Shown: positions 1 through 10,387, counted from the stretch's first letter. The stretch is DNA of 64,000 nt from Fervidicoccaceae archaeon (GCA_038734945.1 JAVYOA010000009.1:434001-498000); one strand, 5' to 3'. Notes: generated by a model not told the origin, from the letters alone. Numbers and translations are program-made.

Positions 1-2
1 TA

Positions 3-779
3 AGAACGTATTTGAGCTCAGTAAACAAGACCATAAGATTGATTTCGTATCCAGAAACTAAAAGAGGAGAACAAAAGGAGAGAAAGGAAATTGAATCAAT
101 GGAAGTCATACGAAAGGAAAACTTTCTCCTGAGAAAAAAGATCGAGGAGTTGGAGAATGAGCTTGAAAGAAGAGAAAAAGAGCTGTCTCTATACAAAAAA
201 GGCGTCCTTCAGCTGAGCAAGGAGGATTACTATGCTAGAGAGATACATAGGCTCAGAGAATCCATAGCAGAGATGGAAAAGGCTCTGAAAAAAAGAGAAT
301 CTGAACTGGAATCAAAGCTTGAAGAGATTAATAGGATAAGCTCCATGCTGAATAGAGTAATAAATGGAGAGATGGTCATCGTTCCAACAATTTCCAGTCT
401 AACCAAAGCTAATTTAGGAGCTCTGAAAAGCATAAGGAAAAAAATAATCTACGTAGAAAATCCGGATTCCTATCAGAGAGATGCAATAATTGACCTCGTT
501 AAGGAAGATCCTCTAGCTGTGGCAATACCCGGACCACTATCTGATAGAGGATTGATATCTATTCTCGAGAGCTTCGGGATTCCCGTTCTAAGTTTGTCCG
601 ATTTCGAATCTTCAAGATTCAATAACATCATCTTCATGAGCTCAGAGGCAGAGAAAGAGGCTATAAAAAGGAAGGAAGAGCTGAGAAAAGCTATCAGGAG
701 TGAAGAAAAAGAGAAAATAATATCGCTTATTGAGAAGTACAAAGAAGAGAGAGCTAAAACCTCTTCCCTCAAAAAATAA
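3..779 (+). CDS. 3' part of a coiled-coil protein, probably DUF460 family (truncated by window start)
   Basis: Frame is open from position 3, so the TTG at 12 is probably internal. Long E/K/R-rich heptad coiled coil followed by a small alpha/beta domain. Family assignment from recollection only. Confidence 0.5.
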   Translation, partial: RTYLSSVNKTIRLISYPETKRGEQKERKEIESMEVIRKENFLLRKKIEELENELERREKELSLYKKGVLQLSKEDYYAREIHRLRESIAEMEKALKKRESELESKLEEINRISSMLNRVINGEMVIVPTISSLTKANLGALKSIRKKIIYVENPDSYQRDAIIDLVKEDPLAVAIPGPLSDRGLISILESFGIPVLSLSDFESSRFNNIIFMSSEAEKEAIKRKEELRKAIRSEEKEKIISLIEKYKEERAKTSSLKK

Positions 780-781
780 CC

Positions 782-1996
782 TTAGAAGAGGGTAATTTTT
801 CTATTGAGGATCAATTCCGTGTATCTCCTGATGTTCGAGAGCTCTTCATCGACAATAGATTTAGCTGTTTCCCTCATATCACTTGTTATGTTGCCCCTTA
901 TAGGGGTGAGTTTTATTGATGCTGCCAGCGGTTCATCGATGGGCCTTCCTATCTGAGATAATATTTGTATGCTCACATGAATTTCCGATTCTAGTTCTTC
1001 ATAGATTCTCCTGCTTGCCACAAATGCGAGCACATTATAAATCTTTCCAACATGGTTGATCGGGTTCTTCCCTGCCGTTGCTTCAAGGCTCATGGGCCTC
1101 ATTGGTGTTATGAGGCCATTGGCCCTGTTTCCCCTTCCAGTGGCGCCATCATCTCCGTGCTCCGCGCTGGTACCTGTAACAGTCAGATAAAACTTTCCCT
1201 TCTCTGGAAGATCCCCTGTATTGAAGTGTATTCTCACATTGAATGCTGGTGCCAATTCAGAGGAGAGAGCCTCTACTTCCTCTTTAACTTTCCTCTTAAC
1301 TTCTAGGTATTCATCTGGAGACTTAACCAGACTGCTTATAATAGCTCCAGCAATCGTTAAATCTATCTCGTTCTTTCTTCTGAGACCCATTACTTTTATA
1401 TCTTCACCAAGTTCAGGGATTTTTCTCTTTGCTTCTTTACTGTTCAGATACCTTTCAGTATTTAGAACCAAATTTTCCAATGTAGTGAGAGGATAGAATC
1501 CAACGCCGAAGCTAGTATCATTGGACAGTATTTTTTCCTCATAATCAAAAATTCCCCTTAAATCTTCTGAGCCCTTCCCTATCTTGTAGTCGACTATAAC
1601 ATGCTCCTCAGGATTCAGGTATCTCATGTTCTTGGCTATCCAGTTCTTCACAGCCTTCACAATGATTGTTCCTACAGGTATTTCTTCTACCGCTCCCCCC
1701 ACATTTACATAAGTTGTAGCTCTTCCAGAAACAATTATGTATATCGGCTGATTGACTTTTCCTCCTCCAAATTTTGGTGAAGCTTGTCCGCCAACCAACA
1801 GAACTTTGTCAAGATTATGATGTAGGACTCTCCCATAATTTTTTATATAATATTCCGAGAGAGCAAGGCTCGCTTCTTCCGAAGCTGAATCTGCAATGTA
1901 ATCAGGATGTCCAACACCTTTTCTCTCCACAAGCTCTATCTCCATGCTTTCAGGAATTTGCCAGTTTACTTCCTCAACGAATATGTTTCTCATCAT
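782..1996 (-). CDS. mat: S-adenosylmethionine synthetase, archaeal type
   Basis: Motifs [61 protein letters not shown]. Confidence 0.97.
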   Translation of the reverse strand: MMRNIFVEEVNWQIPESMEIELVERKGVGHPDYIADSASEEASLALSEYYIKNYGRVLHHNLDKVLLVGGQASPKFGGGKVNQPIYIIVSGRATTYVNVGGAVEEIPVGTIIVKAVKNWIAKNMRYLNPEEHVIVDYKIGKGSEDLRGIFDYEEKILSNDTSFGVGFYPLTTLENLVLNTERYLNSKEAKRKIPELGEDIKVMGLRRKNEIDLTIAGAIISSLVKSPDEYLEVKRKVKEEVEALSSELAPAFNVRIHFNTGDLPEKGKFYLTVTGTSAEHGDDGATGRGNRANGLITPMRPMSLEATAGKNPINHVGKIYNVLAFVASRRIYEELESEIHVSIQILSQIGRPIDEPLAASIKLTPIRGNITSDMRETAKSIVDEELSNIRRYTELILNRKITLF

Positions 1997-2150
1997 GATG
2001 GCTCACCAAAATCCTTGAAACTTAGTTATCGGATTTAAAAGAAAATAATTTAAATATTTCCCCCCTCCCCCATCTTCAGAATAGAAAAGCGAAGCTACTT
2101 CCCTTTCAAATAAAAACCTATGAAGCCATCAGCCAGACACAAATGAAAGC

Positions 2151-2399
2151 TCAATACTTCTTATAATCGAGACTGATGAAGAGAATTTGGCTACCTCTTA
2201 TGAGAATGGTCCCATATTTTGCTTTTGGCTCCTCGCTCCTCTCCTTGACCTCAGTACAATTCTTCAATATAACATTCATAGTAGCATCGCTGAAATCTAG
2301 CTCTCCTATGAATTCTCCACCGTCTTTCAGCTTTACAAGAACGTTATTTCCTCTTGCTTCTTGTAAGTATTTTAGAGGTAACTGCAATTTTGAAGACAT
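2151..2399 (-). CDS. Sm-like archaeal protein (SmAP/Lsm)
   Basis: Sm1 (VLVKLKDG.EF.G.L...D..MNVIL) and Sm2 (ILIRGSQILFIS) motifs; adjacent to mat. Start placed at ATG 2399 (track start 2411). Confidence 0.9.
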   Translation of the reverse strand: MSSKLQLPLKYLQEARGNNVLVKLKDGGEFIGELDFSDATMNVILKNCTEVKERSEEPKAKYGTILIRGSQILFISLDYKKY

Positions 2400-2775
2400 C
2401 AGTTTAAGCACCCTCTGTAGCGTTTCGTTATTTATTCATACACAGTATTAAGTTTTATTATTTCTAAGATTTATTAACTTAAGGGGGTTCATCTTCAAAA
2501 AAACATATAAAAACTTATACAGTCACAATGTCCTTTTTCTCCTATACATTTACAATTTCTTATTTTCTAGATGTAAAGAATGAAAGCTTGCTAATTTTCT
2601 ACTGTATGCTCAGCTGTTTTTATCATTTTGACGTTCTAATAATTATTCTGCAATTCTTTCAAAATACTCGTGCTTTTATGAATAAACTTTTTTACATTTT
2701 TAAAAAACTGCAAAAATTACTCCAAGAAGTGAGGTTTTACATTTGATTTCCTCTTTATACTAGAGAACGAGGCTT

Positions 2776-3651
2776 TCATTTGTAAAGCTCTCTCCTCATG
2801 GACTCTAGAGGCTTTCTCTCCACTCCAACAAAGCCAGCAACATCATTTATGCTCACTCCAGCATCTTTTCCTATCATCATGAGCTCACGCAGTCTGGATT
2901 CATATCCTTTCTCGCGCGCAAAGTGGTGATCAATAATTGCTGAATTGAAGCAGGCAGAAGAGATCATTTTCTCCAGATTCATCATTCCTGCTCTAATATT
3001 TTCTTGCTTTAGAGAAGAGCTTTCAAAGTAATTTGGAGGACCGCTTATGTACAAAAGGTTTGGCTTAAGACTGCATATGCTGTTCAGAGCATTTGGATCA
3101 ACAGGACCTTGGGAATCTGAAGCAAAATAATATCTGAAATCACCATCGTCTATGACCACAGCAATAATTTTCCCAAGAGGGGTTCCAATCTCTCCATGCC
3201 AGAATGGGCCCTCAATTGAAATTTTTAAATCCTCAACAGAGAGCTTTCCACTGTTCACTGCTAAATATTTTATTCCTCTGCTTTCCAGCTCCTTCTGGAA
3301 GAGAGATGCTCTCAGCTTTTGACTTCTATTGATTTCTATGCTCGGGTGCTTCATTATGACTGTTTTACCAATTAAGGCATCCAGAATATCTTTTCTCTGC
3401 GGATAGTGGTCTCTGTGATAGTGAGTTATAACCACTACGCTCGAATCATTTATTTCCTTTTTTATTAACTCGAGACTCTGCTCGAGAGCATGGAGCTCAA
3501 TTGGATGTGGAGGAAGACCATATCTTCTAGGAGCCAATGCTGCTCCTGGATCAATTGCTATTTTTGTGCCGCTTTCAGTCAACAAAAAATTTGCCATAGA
3601 TCTGACTCCAAGACTATCTGATGCTGGGAAGAGGAGCTTAGTTCTGCCCAT
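2776..3651 (-). CDS. Metallo-beta-lactamase-fold hydrolase (UPF0282-like)
   Basis: DSLGVRSMA, IDPGAALAPRRYGLPPHP, THYHRDH, SDSQGP, IDHH motifs. Confidence 0.85.
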   Translation of the reverse strand: MGRTKLLFPASDSLGVRSMANFLLTESGTKIAIDPGAALAPRRYGLPPHPIELHALEQSLELIKKEINDSSVVVITHYHRDHYPQRKDILDALIGKTVIMKHPSIEINRSQKLRASLFQKELESRGIKYLAVNSGKLSVEDLKISIEGPFWHGEIGTPLGKIIAVVIDDGDFRYYFASDSQGPVDPNALNSICSLKPNLLYISGPPNYFESSSLKQENIRAGMMNLEKMISSACFNSAIIDHHFAREKGYESRLRELMMIGKDAGVSINDVAGFVGVERKPLESMRRELYK

Positions 3652-3778
3652 GAGCGTTCCCAGAAGAATATCAATTTTATTTTACATAATACTAATTATT
3701 GTCTCCGATTATTATTTTTGCCACAAGCTTATCATATTAAAATGTATGAACAAGAAGGAAAAATGAAAGGATGGAAGC

Positions 3779-4369
3779 TTGAATCCCCGGGAAATAATGA
3801 AAAAATATGATTCAACAGCTATTGGATACGATGATCTCTACCAAGAGGAACAGAGCTTGAAGTATTTGGCTTCATGGAAGTTTCTCCAAAATTTCGAGGG
3901 CAACTTCATAGATATCGGTTGTGGTACTCTCCTCCTAGAAAGATTTCTCCACGCATATGGTATTGTTAGGAGACTCAATTATATTGTTGGTTTAGACATC
4001 AGTGAAAAAATGCTTATGGTAGGTTTATCGAAGATCTCCTCGTTTTTGGAGCTACTAAACAAAACGGATCTAGTCAGAGGAGATGCCTCCAGACTTCCCT
4101 TTAGAGATGAATCATTCGACTACGGTACCTCCTTCACTGTTTTTACACTTTTACCATCGGAGAATATTGGGATATTGGAAATGGAAAGAATCCTGAGAAA
4201 AGGCGGAATATACTCTTTATTGAAGAAGAGACAGCAGTGGAAATGGAAAAGAGAACATGAAGTTATTGCAGAAACCGATAAGGACATTATATACAAAATT
4301 GAAAAGTCATACTTAAATGAGGACTTGAAGCATGTCAACTCAAATGAAAAAATCAATGACAGCAGTTGA
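3779..4369 (+). CDS. Class I SAM-dependent methyltransferase
   Basis: Motif I IDIGCGT, GLDISEKML, GDASRLPFRDESFD, ERILRKGG. Confidence 0.85.
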   Translation: MNPREIMKKYDSTAIGYDDLYQEEQSLKYLASWKFLQNFEGNFIDIGCGTLLLERFLHAYGIVRRLNYIVGLDISEKMLMVGLSKISSFLELLNKTDLVRGDASRLPFRDESFDYGTSFTVFTLLPSENIGILEMERILRKGGIYSLLKKRQQWKWKREHEVIAETDKDIIYKIEKSYLNEDLKHVNSNEKINDSS

Positions 4370-6233
4370 TTTGAAAGCCTTGGTCGAGGAAATAAAAAAT
4401 ATAGTAGTAGGAGAAAGAGTTCAAAACATATATTATCTTTCCACAGAGGGCATTCTCCTTTTTAAAATGAAGATCGGAGATTACAGGTATCTCGTAATGG
4501 AGCCTGGCAAAAGAGTTCATCTCACAAAATTTTCAATTGATGTTCCAGAATCTCCCGGTTTACTGGCTATGTCTTTCAGGAAGCATCTGAGGGATCAGCA
4601 AGTAGATGATATAGCTCAGATCGGCTTCGACAGAATCCTTAAGGTAACTTTTAGGAACGGAGCCTCAATTTATATTGAAATACTTCCCAGAGGAGAGATA
4701 GTCCTAACAGATGAGCACAATAACATATTACATTCAACAGGATTCAAGAAGATGAAAGATAGGGAAATAAGAAGAGGTATACAGTACGTTCTTCCCCCAC
4801 ATGTTGAAAGACTCCCCTCAATTGAGGAATGCATTTCCCTTTTGGAAAAAAAGGAAATTCAGGGAATCTCCAGGGTGCTTGGAATACCTCCAGAGGTCCT
4901 AAATGAAGCATTGAAGAGAGGAAGCGGCGTTCCGCAGATTGTGTGCCAGGAAATTGAAAAAATCTTGGAGGATTCTGGAAAGCTTGGAGGATTCATTGTT
5001 TTTAGAAATGAACTTCCTATCAGCTTTCATCCATATAATCCAACTGCTATTGAGAAAGAGGATAAAGTGAAATTCTTCGATAAATTCAACGATGCAGTGG
5101 ATGAATTTTTCTATAAAATATTGTCGCTTTCATCTCTGAAGACGATCAGCGATGAGGAGAGAAGGCTGTCCCTGAAAGTTCAAGAAATAGCTTCCGAAAT
5201 TGAAAAATATGAAAAGGAAGCCTCTGAGCTTTACCTATCTGCTCAAAAAATTCTGGAAAATTTACAAAAGCTTAGGGAGCTTCAGAAATGTGTTATGGAT
5301 GCGAGAGAGGAGTTCGGCTGGGAAAAAGTGAAGGAGAGATGCTTTGGGATAGAAGAGATCCATCCGAAGGAGGGGACATTTACAGCTAATCTAGGTGAAA
5401 TGAAAGTTGACCTTCCTGTTAACCTAGATCCATATTCCTTTATTCAAAGAATGTTTGAAGAGGCAAGAAAGCTGAAGAGAAAGGCAGAGAGCGGCAAACA
5501 GCATCTCGAGGAGCTCAAGAGAAAGCTTGAAGAGCAGAGAGAGATGAGGGTAGAAAGAACTGAAGAATTTGCTTTCGCATCGAGAAAGAAAAGCTGGTAC
5601 GAAAAGTTCAGATGGAGCATCACGCGCAACGGCTTTCTTGTTATAGCAGGGAGAGACATGCAGCAGAATACAACAATTGTGAGAAAATATCTGAAGGAAG
5701 CGGATATTTATCTTCATGCCGATATTCAAGGAGCTCCTTCAACAGTTCTCATTACAGATGGAAAAAGTGTTGCTGAGGAAGATATATTCGACGCAGCGGT
5801 AATAGCAGCAGCATATTCAAAGGCATGGAAGGAGAATTTGACTTCGATAGACGTCTTTTGGGTGAAGGGAAATCAAGTCTCTCTATCACCACCATCTGGA
5901 GAGTATCTTAGAAAGGGAAGCTTCATGATCTACGGGCAGAAAAATTACATAAAAAATGTTTATCTCATGTTGTACATTGGTGTACAAAGAACAGAAGATG
6001 GGTACATGAGGCCAATTGTAGGGTCCGAAAGCTCAGTTAAGATAAACGGAATACCAATAGCGGCTCTAGTTCCAGGGGATCTCTCCCCAGATACTGTTCT
6101 GGAGAAGCTGATATCAATAGGCAAAAGGCTGAATCTCAATTTGCTGCCTCTTAGAGAGGATCTTCGCCTCCTAATCCCAGGAAAAGCGAAAATTAGAGCT
6201 TCGTTCGGAAATCAGGATTTGACAATTAAATAA
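4332..6233 (+). CDS. rqcH: Ribosome quality-control factor RqcH/Rqc2 (NFACT family)
   Basis: NFACT-N (MTAVDL, LRKHL-like FRKHL, QIGFDRI, EILPRGEIVL), a coiled coil, and NFACT-R (WYEKFRW, GRDMQQN, HADIQGAP, YSKAWK, SGEYLRKGSFMIYG). Confidence 0.92.
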   Translation: MSTQMKKSMTAVDLKALVEEIKNIVVGERVQNIYYLSTEGILLFKMKIGDYRYLVMEPGKRVHLTKFSIDVPESPGLLAMSFRKHLRDQQVDDIAQIGFDRILKVTFRNGASIYIEILPRGEIVLTDEHNNILHSTGFKKMKDREIRRGIQYVLPPHVERLPSIEECISLLEKKEIQGISRVLGIPPEVLNEALKRGSGVPQIVCQEIEKILEDSGKLGGFIVFRNELPISFHPYNPTAIEKEDKVKFFDKFNDAVDEFFYKILSLSSLKTISDEERRLSLKVQEIASEIEKYEKEASELYLSAQKILENLQKLRELQKCVMDAREEFGWEKVKERCFGIEEIHPKEGTFTANLGEMKVDLPVNLDPYSFIQRMFEEARKLKRKAESGKQHLEELKRKLEEQREMRVERTEEFAFASRKKSWYEKFRWSITRNGFLVIAGRDMQQNTTIVRKYLKEADIYLHADIQGAPSTVLITDGKSVAEEDIFDAAVIAAAYSKAWKENLTSIDVFWVKGNQVSLSPPSGEYLRKGSFMIYGQKNYIKNVYLMLYIGVQRTEDGYMRPIVGSESSVKINGIPIAALVPGDLSPDTVLEKLISIGKRLNLNLLPLREDLRLLIPGKAKIRASFGNQDLTIK

Positions 6234-6264
6234 CTCTTATAAATAGCTATAATTCAAGTAATGA

Positions 6265-6723
6265 GTGAAGGTGATAACAGCTTTGACGTCAAGAAAAGGA
6301 ATAAGCGTGGACGAATTAATGAGCTCCAACGTGATAACAGCTCTTCCAGACGATCCTCTGGAGAAAGTAGTTAGCTTAATGCTTGAAAACGAGGTCGGAA
6401 GCGTAGTTATTGTCAACGAAAAAGGGATCCTTTTGGGAATAATTACTGAAAGGGATCTTATAACAAAGGTAATAGCAAAGAAGCTCAATCCAACGACGCT
6501 GAAGGCGAAAGATATAATGTCATCACCAGTTATATTTGTTGAACCTGGAATTACAATAGAGAAGGCAGTCGAAATAATGCAATCAAAGAGAATCGGTCAT
6601 CTTCCTGTCGTTAAAGGAGGCAGAGTAGTTGGCATAATAGCTGAGGGAGACATAATTTACCTTGCTCCAGAGTTTCTGCAGCTCCTTCAAATAAAGAAGA
6701 GAAGAAAGCGCTATCCACTTTAA
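6265..6723 (+). CDS. CBS-domain protein (one CBS pair)
   Basis: GIITERDL and GIIAEGDI CBS motifs; basic C-terminal tail. True start may be TTG 6283, after GGTGA at 6270. Confidence 0.9.
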   Translation: MKVITALTSRKGISVDELMSSNVITALPDDPLEKVVSLMLENEVGSVVIVNEKGILLGIITERDLITKVIAKKLNPTTLKAKDIMSSPVIFVEPGITIEKAVEIMQSKRIGHLPVVKGGRVVGIIAEGDIIYLAPEFLQLLQIKKRRKRYPL

Positions 6724-6785
6724 CTGCTTTGAAAAACAGTCAGAGACAAAAGAAGATTAATCTTCAAAATAATATAAGTAAACAA

Positions 6786-6818
6786 TTTATACGTCAGCAT
6801 CCTAATATTTATTAGGAT
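6786..6818 (+). promoter_or_regulatory. TATA box plus palindromic operator candidate upstream of the four-gene CBS operon
   Basis: TTTATAC at 6786-6792 after A-rich BRE-like AAACAA; perfect inverted repeat ATCCTAATA-TT-TATTAGGAT at 6799-6818. Confidence 0.55.
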
Positions 6819-6820
6819 AG

Positions 6821-7654
6821 GTGATTCTCATAGGGGAATTTTCAAATGGAATGTCTTCCTCAACCACTCAATTATCGATCTACTGTAGGAAAAACATCCC
6901 CTTTCTTACGAAAGAGGATAAGGCACTAAGAGCTAGAGAAATCATCAGAGAAACCGGTCTAAGGGTTATTCCAATTTTTGATGACGTCTCCAGGAAAAAG
7001 ACCATAGGCATAGTTCGGAGAATCGATCTTCTGAATATATCCTCAACTAAGTCGAATTTGAGAGTTCTCGATATAATGAGCACTGATTACTTGTCCTTCA
7101 GAGATAGCGATGATATTATAGAAGCACTGAAAACTATGCTGAAGCGGGGAGAGTGGTACTCAATAGTAGAGGAAAAAACTGGAGAGTTCAAGGGAGTTTT
7201 TGGTCTGGAGAATGGTTTAAAATTTTTCATGGACCAAGGAAGTAGATCTCTTTCAGCTCCTTTGAGAGAATTTTACACTCCAAATCCTATCTATGTTCAA
7301 GAGGACGAGTTAATATCGAGAGTCTGGTATTTGATGCTCAAGCATCAGTATGCTGGTTTTCCAGTATTAAACAGGAAAGGAGAGCTGGTAGGGGCGATCA
7401 CACAGCATGATCTATTGAGGAAGGGATACACCCGCCCCGTGCTCGAGTCTCCATCACCTCCAAAGAAAGTACTCGTTCGAGAGGCCATGACCACACCTCC
7501 TATAGCATTACCACCAGATTCTCCGCTATCAGAGGCTGTTTCCCTAATGCTGAAAAAGGATATTGGAAGAGTATATGTATCGGAAGGCAAGAAACTAGTA
7601 GGAGTAATTGATAGAGAAGATGCCGTGAAGGCAATTTTGAGTTTCCAGCTCTAG
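6821..7654 (+). CDS. CBS-domain protein (four CBS domains)
   Basis: GIVRRIDL, GAITQHDL, GVIDREDA motifs; no other domain. Start uncertain (6821 GTG or 6851 ATG). Confidence 0.88.
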   Translation: MILIGEFSNGMSSSTTQLSIYCRKNIPFLTKEDKALRAREIIRETGLRVIPIFDDVSRKKTIGIVRRIDLLNISSTKSNLRVLDIMSTDYLSFRDSDDIIEALKTMLKRGEWYSIVEEKTGEFKGVFGLENGLKFFMDQGSRSLSAPLREFYTPNPIYVQEDELISRVWYLMLKHQYAGFPVLNRKGELVGAITQHDLLRKGYTRPVLESPSPPKKVLVREAMTTPPIALPPDSPLSEAVSLMLKKDIGRVYVSEGKKLVGVIDREDAVKAILSFQL

Positions 7655-7664
7655 GTGAGCTCCA

Positions 7665-8585
7665 ATGTCCTACTCACGCAAATATGATTGGCACAGATGG
7701 CTGAGAAGCGATGGCCAGCCTGGGTTTTCCAGCAGAATATACAGAGTAGAGGGGGATATGGAAAGGCTGGCAAAAAGGCCAGTAATAACAATATCACAGT
7801 CCTCTCCTGTTAAAGAGGCCCTTGAGAGAATGCATCTCAACAGAGTTAGAAGCCTCATAGTAAGCAAGGGTGAAGCATATGAGGGTATTTTGCTCGCTGA
7901 AAACTTAATTGACTATTTAGGGGGTGGCGATCTCTACAATCTTGCCATAAACAGATATGAAGGGATATTCTACAGAGCAATTGATGAGCCAGTAAAAAGC
8001 ATAATGAGCAAGCAGGCTGTATTCGCTTATACTACTTCAAGGCTAAGCGATGTTGTGACAAAAATGATGGAGAACAACATATCAATAATTCCTATTTTAA
8101 ATAGAGATGGAAAAATCTATGGCATCATTTCAGAGCACGATGTTGTGAAGCTGCTCGTTGAGAAGAGAACTGGAGTCACTGCCGAAGAAATCTCATCACA
8201 AATAATATCGGTTGGAACCTATGAACCAATACTGGAAGCAATGAAAAAAATGGTCTCTCTGGGTCTCAGGCAAATATTCGTGAGGAATGAAGCAGATCAG
8301 ATTGTTGGAAGCATAAGCATAAAAAGACTCATAGACTTTTTTGCCACCAGCGAAGTCTACAATTGGGTCAAGAAGGGCTATCTCACTGAAGCAAACTCGG
8401 CTCAAGTGAAGGATCTTGCCTCCTACTCTATAACACGCATCCCACATTCTCTCGATGTTGGCGAGGCTGCTAGAGAAATGCTGAATTATCAGGTGAGCTC
8501 GGCAGTAGTGGTAAAAGATTCAGAGGATTTTGGAATGATAACAGAACATGATGTTTTTTACGCATTGGCTTTACCCCTCAAATAG
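7665..8585 (+). CDS. CBS-domain protein (four CBS domains), MJ1225-like
   Basis: LIDYLGGGDLYNL...IDEPVKSIM segment resembles MJ1225 (recalled); GIISEHDV, GMITEHDV; SD GGTGA 6 nt before ATG. Confidence 0.88.
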   Translation: MSYSRKYDWHRWLRSDGQPGFSSRIYRVEGDMERLAKRPVITISQSSPVKEALERMHLNRVRSLIVSKGEAYEGILLAENLIDYLGGGDLYNLAINRYEGIFYRAIDEPVKSIMSKQAVFAYTTSRLSDVVTKMMENNISIIPILNRDGKIYGIISEHDVVKLLVEKRTGVTAEEISSQIISVGTYEPILEAMKKMVSLGLRQIFVRNEADQIVGSISIKRLIDFFATSEVYNWVKKGYLTEANSAQVKDLASYSITRIPHSLDVGEAAREMLNYQVSSAVVVKDSEDFGMITEHDVFYALALPLK

Positions 8586-8614
8586 AATAACTAATTCAAT
8601 CTGGGTGATATAAG

Positions 8615-9457
8615 GTGCCTCCAAAAATAATGGACTACATGTCCTCACCAGTCATAGTTATCTCTCCCTCAGACACCCTCTCATATGCAAGAAACCTCAT
8701 GCTAAAAAGGGGAATCAGCAGCTTGATTGTAGTGGAAGGTGAAGTTCCTGTTGGAGTTATCACAACAACTGACTTCTTGAGAACAATGGGTAAACCGGAG
8801 CTAGCAAGAAGACCCTGGAACGAAATTATTGTGAGGGAAATAATGACTGAGAATCCCATTACTGTAAAAATGACATATTCAATTATAGATGCAGCAAGAA
8901 TAATGGTGAAAAATCAGATCAGCACGCTACCTGTTCTAGATAATAACGGCAAGCTTGCAGGAATAATTAAGAGAACCGACTTGGTAAGGGCATATGCTGA
9001 AAACTACTCTTCCAGAATGAAGGTTTCTGATCTAATGGACCCCTCTCCCCCCACAGTATCTCCATTCTCCCCCATTACGACAGTGATGGAGAAAATTGAG
9101 GAGAAGCCATATTTCAAAGTCCTCGTTATGGATGGCGATAAGCTTGCTGGTGTCATAGCAAAGAGGGACCTAATATTCATTGATGCTTCCTTTTTACTAT
9201 CAACAGAGAAGTACATAAAGAGAGATAAATTTCTGGAGAAAGGTAGAACAGGTGGGGTAAGATACTACTTGATTCCGCTTGCCTCAGACATAATGGAAAC
9301 TAATGTAATAACAGCATCACCAGAAGAAGATTCAGCTGAGGCTGCTTCTGTTATGATAAGAAAAGGGATAGGTTGCCTGCCAGTGCTTTCTGGAGAGGGA
9401 AAGGTCTTGGGAATACTTACTAAACATGAAATTACAACAGCTCTTTCCAAGATGTAG
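8615..9457 (+). CDS. CBS-domain protein (four CBS domains)
   Basis: GVITTTDF, GIIKRTDL, GVIAKRDL, GILTKHEI; SD GGTGA 6 nt before GTG. Confidence 0.9.
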   Translation: MPPKIMDYMSSPVIVISPSDTLSYARNLMLKRGISSLIVVEGEVPVGVITTTDFLRTMGKPELARRPWNEIIVREIMTENPITVKMTYSIIDAARIMVKNQISTLPVLDNNGKLAGIIKRTDLVRAYAENYSSRMKVSDLMDPSPPTVSPFSPITTVMEKIEEKPYFKVLVMDGDKLAGVIAKRDLIFIDASFLLSTEKYIKRDKFLEKGRTGGVRYYLIPLASDIMETNVITASPEEDSAEAASVMIRKGIGCLPVLSGEGKVLGILTKHEITTALSKM

Positions 9458-9459
9458 AG

Positions 9460-10287
9460 GTGCTCATCGTGATTAGGGAAATGCTATCTAAATCGGTTAT
9501 AGAGTTCGCGCAGAAGGACTTCCCTCTTATAGATAAAGACGGAACACTCTCTCATGCTTTTAAGCTAATGGAGAAATATAGAACAGACAGGGTACTAGTT
9601 ACGGATGAAAAGACTCTCGTAGGGATAATGACAAAGAGAGATGTGCTTGGAAAGCTCATGGTAGAAAGGACAAGACTGTCAACAGCTTCAAAGCTCCACG
9701 TTTCCAGCTTTATGGCGCATCCAGTTTTCTCCATTCAAATAAATGCAAGCATGATCGAAGCAGTAGAATCGATGTCTGAAAGAGGAATTGGCTCTCTTCC
9801 AGTAGTGGCAGGAGAAGAAGTCAAAGCCCTCCTTCACAAGATTGATGTGGCGAGAATATTTCTATCACTGCCAAGCATTTCATCAAGAGAAGTTCTTGAG
9901 CCAGCTCAAAAGATTTCACGATCTGGAGATAGGCTGGTGAAGCTCAGAGAGGAGTTTCTGAATAACAAGATTGTTATAGCGCCAGTTCTTGATTCTAACA
10001 ACAGACTGATTGGAATGGTTACAGTGAGCGAAATAGCTGATGCTCTCTTCCTCTATCACGAGAAAATTAGCGAATCCAGTAGAAAGAAAGCAAGAAGAGA
10101 GATATTCGTTGAAGACGTGATGTACAGACAGCCATTAGTTGTTTCCCCAGAAGAGCCAGTCAGCGTAGCAGCTAAGCTCATGCTTGAGAACAGAAAGCCT
10201 GGAGTGATAGTAGCTAAAAAGGATTCGATTCTGGGAATCATAACAGCAGATTCTCTGATATCCTACATTCATGCTAGAGCTAGGTAG
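9460..10287 (+). CDS. CBS-domain protein (four CBS domains)
   Basis: GIMTKRDV, GMVTVSEI, GIITADSL. Start probably GTG 9469 or ATG 9481. Confidence 0.88.
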   Translation: MLIVIREMLSKSVIEFAQKDFPLIDKDGTLSHAFKLMEKYRTDRVLVTDEKTLVGIMTKRDVLGKLMVERTRLSTASKLHVSSFMAHPVFSIQINASMIEAVESMSERGIGSLPVVAGEEVKALLHKIDVARIFLSLPSISSREVLEPAQKISRSGDRLVKLREEFLNNKIVIAPVLDSNNRLIGMVTVSEIADALFLYHEKISESSRKKARREIFVEDVMYRQPLVVSPEEPVSVAAKLMLENRKPGVIVAKKDSILGIITADSLISYIHARAR

Positions 10288-10387
10288 TTGAAGGTCTCAG
10301 AAGTAGCGTGCTTTTCAAAAATATTTTTCACCAACCCCAAATCTGTCTCACTAGATGCATCAGCTCAAGCATTCAGAAAATATCTTT

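Noticed and set aside
2412..2775. AT-rich intergenic region as a replication origin, or the 72-aa ORF at 2528-2746 as a gene
   Set aside because: No ORB-like repeats and no adjacent cdc6/orc gene; the ORF is a Phe/Leu/Ile-rich by-product of T-rich sequence.
10290..10385. Possible fourth C/D sRNA on the minus strand (ends ...GCACGCTACTT-CTGA)
   Set aside because: C and C' boxes are too degenerate and I could not recognise a target.
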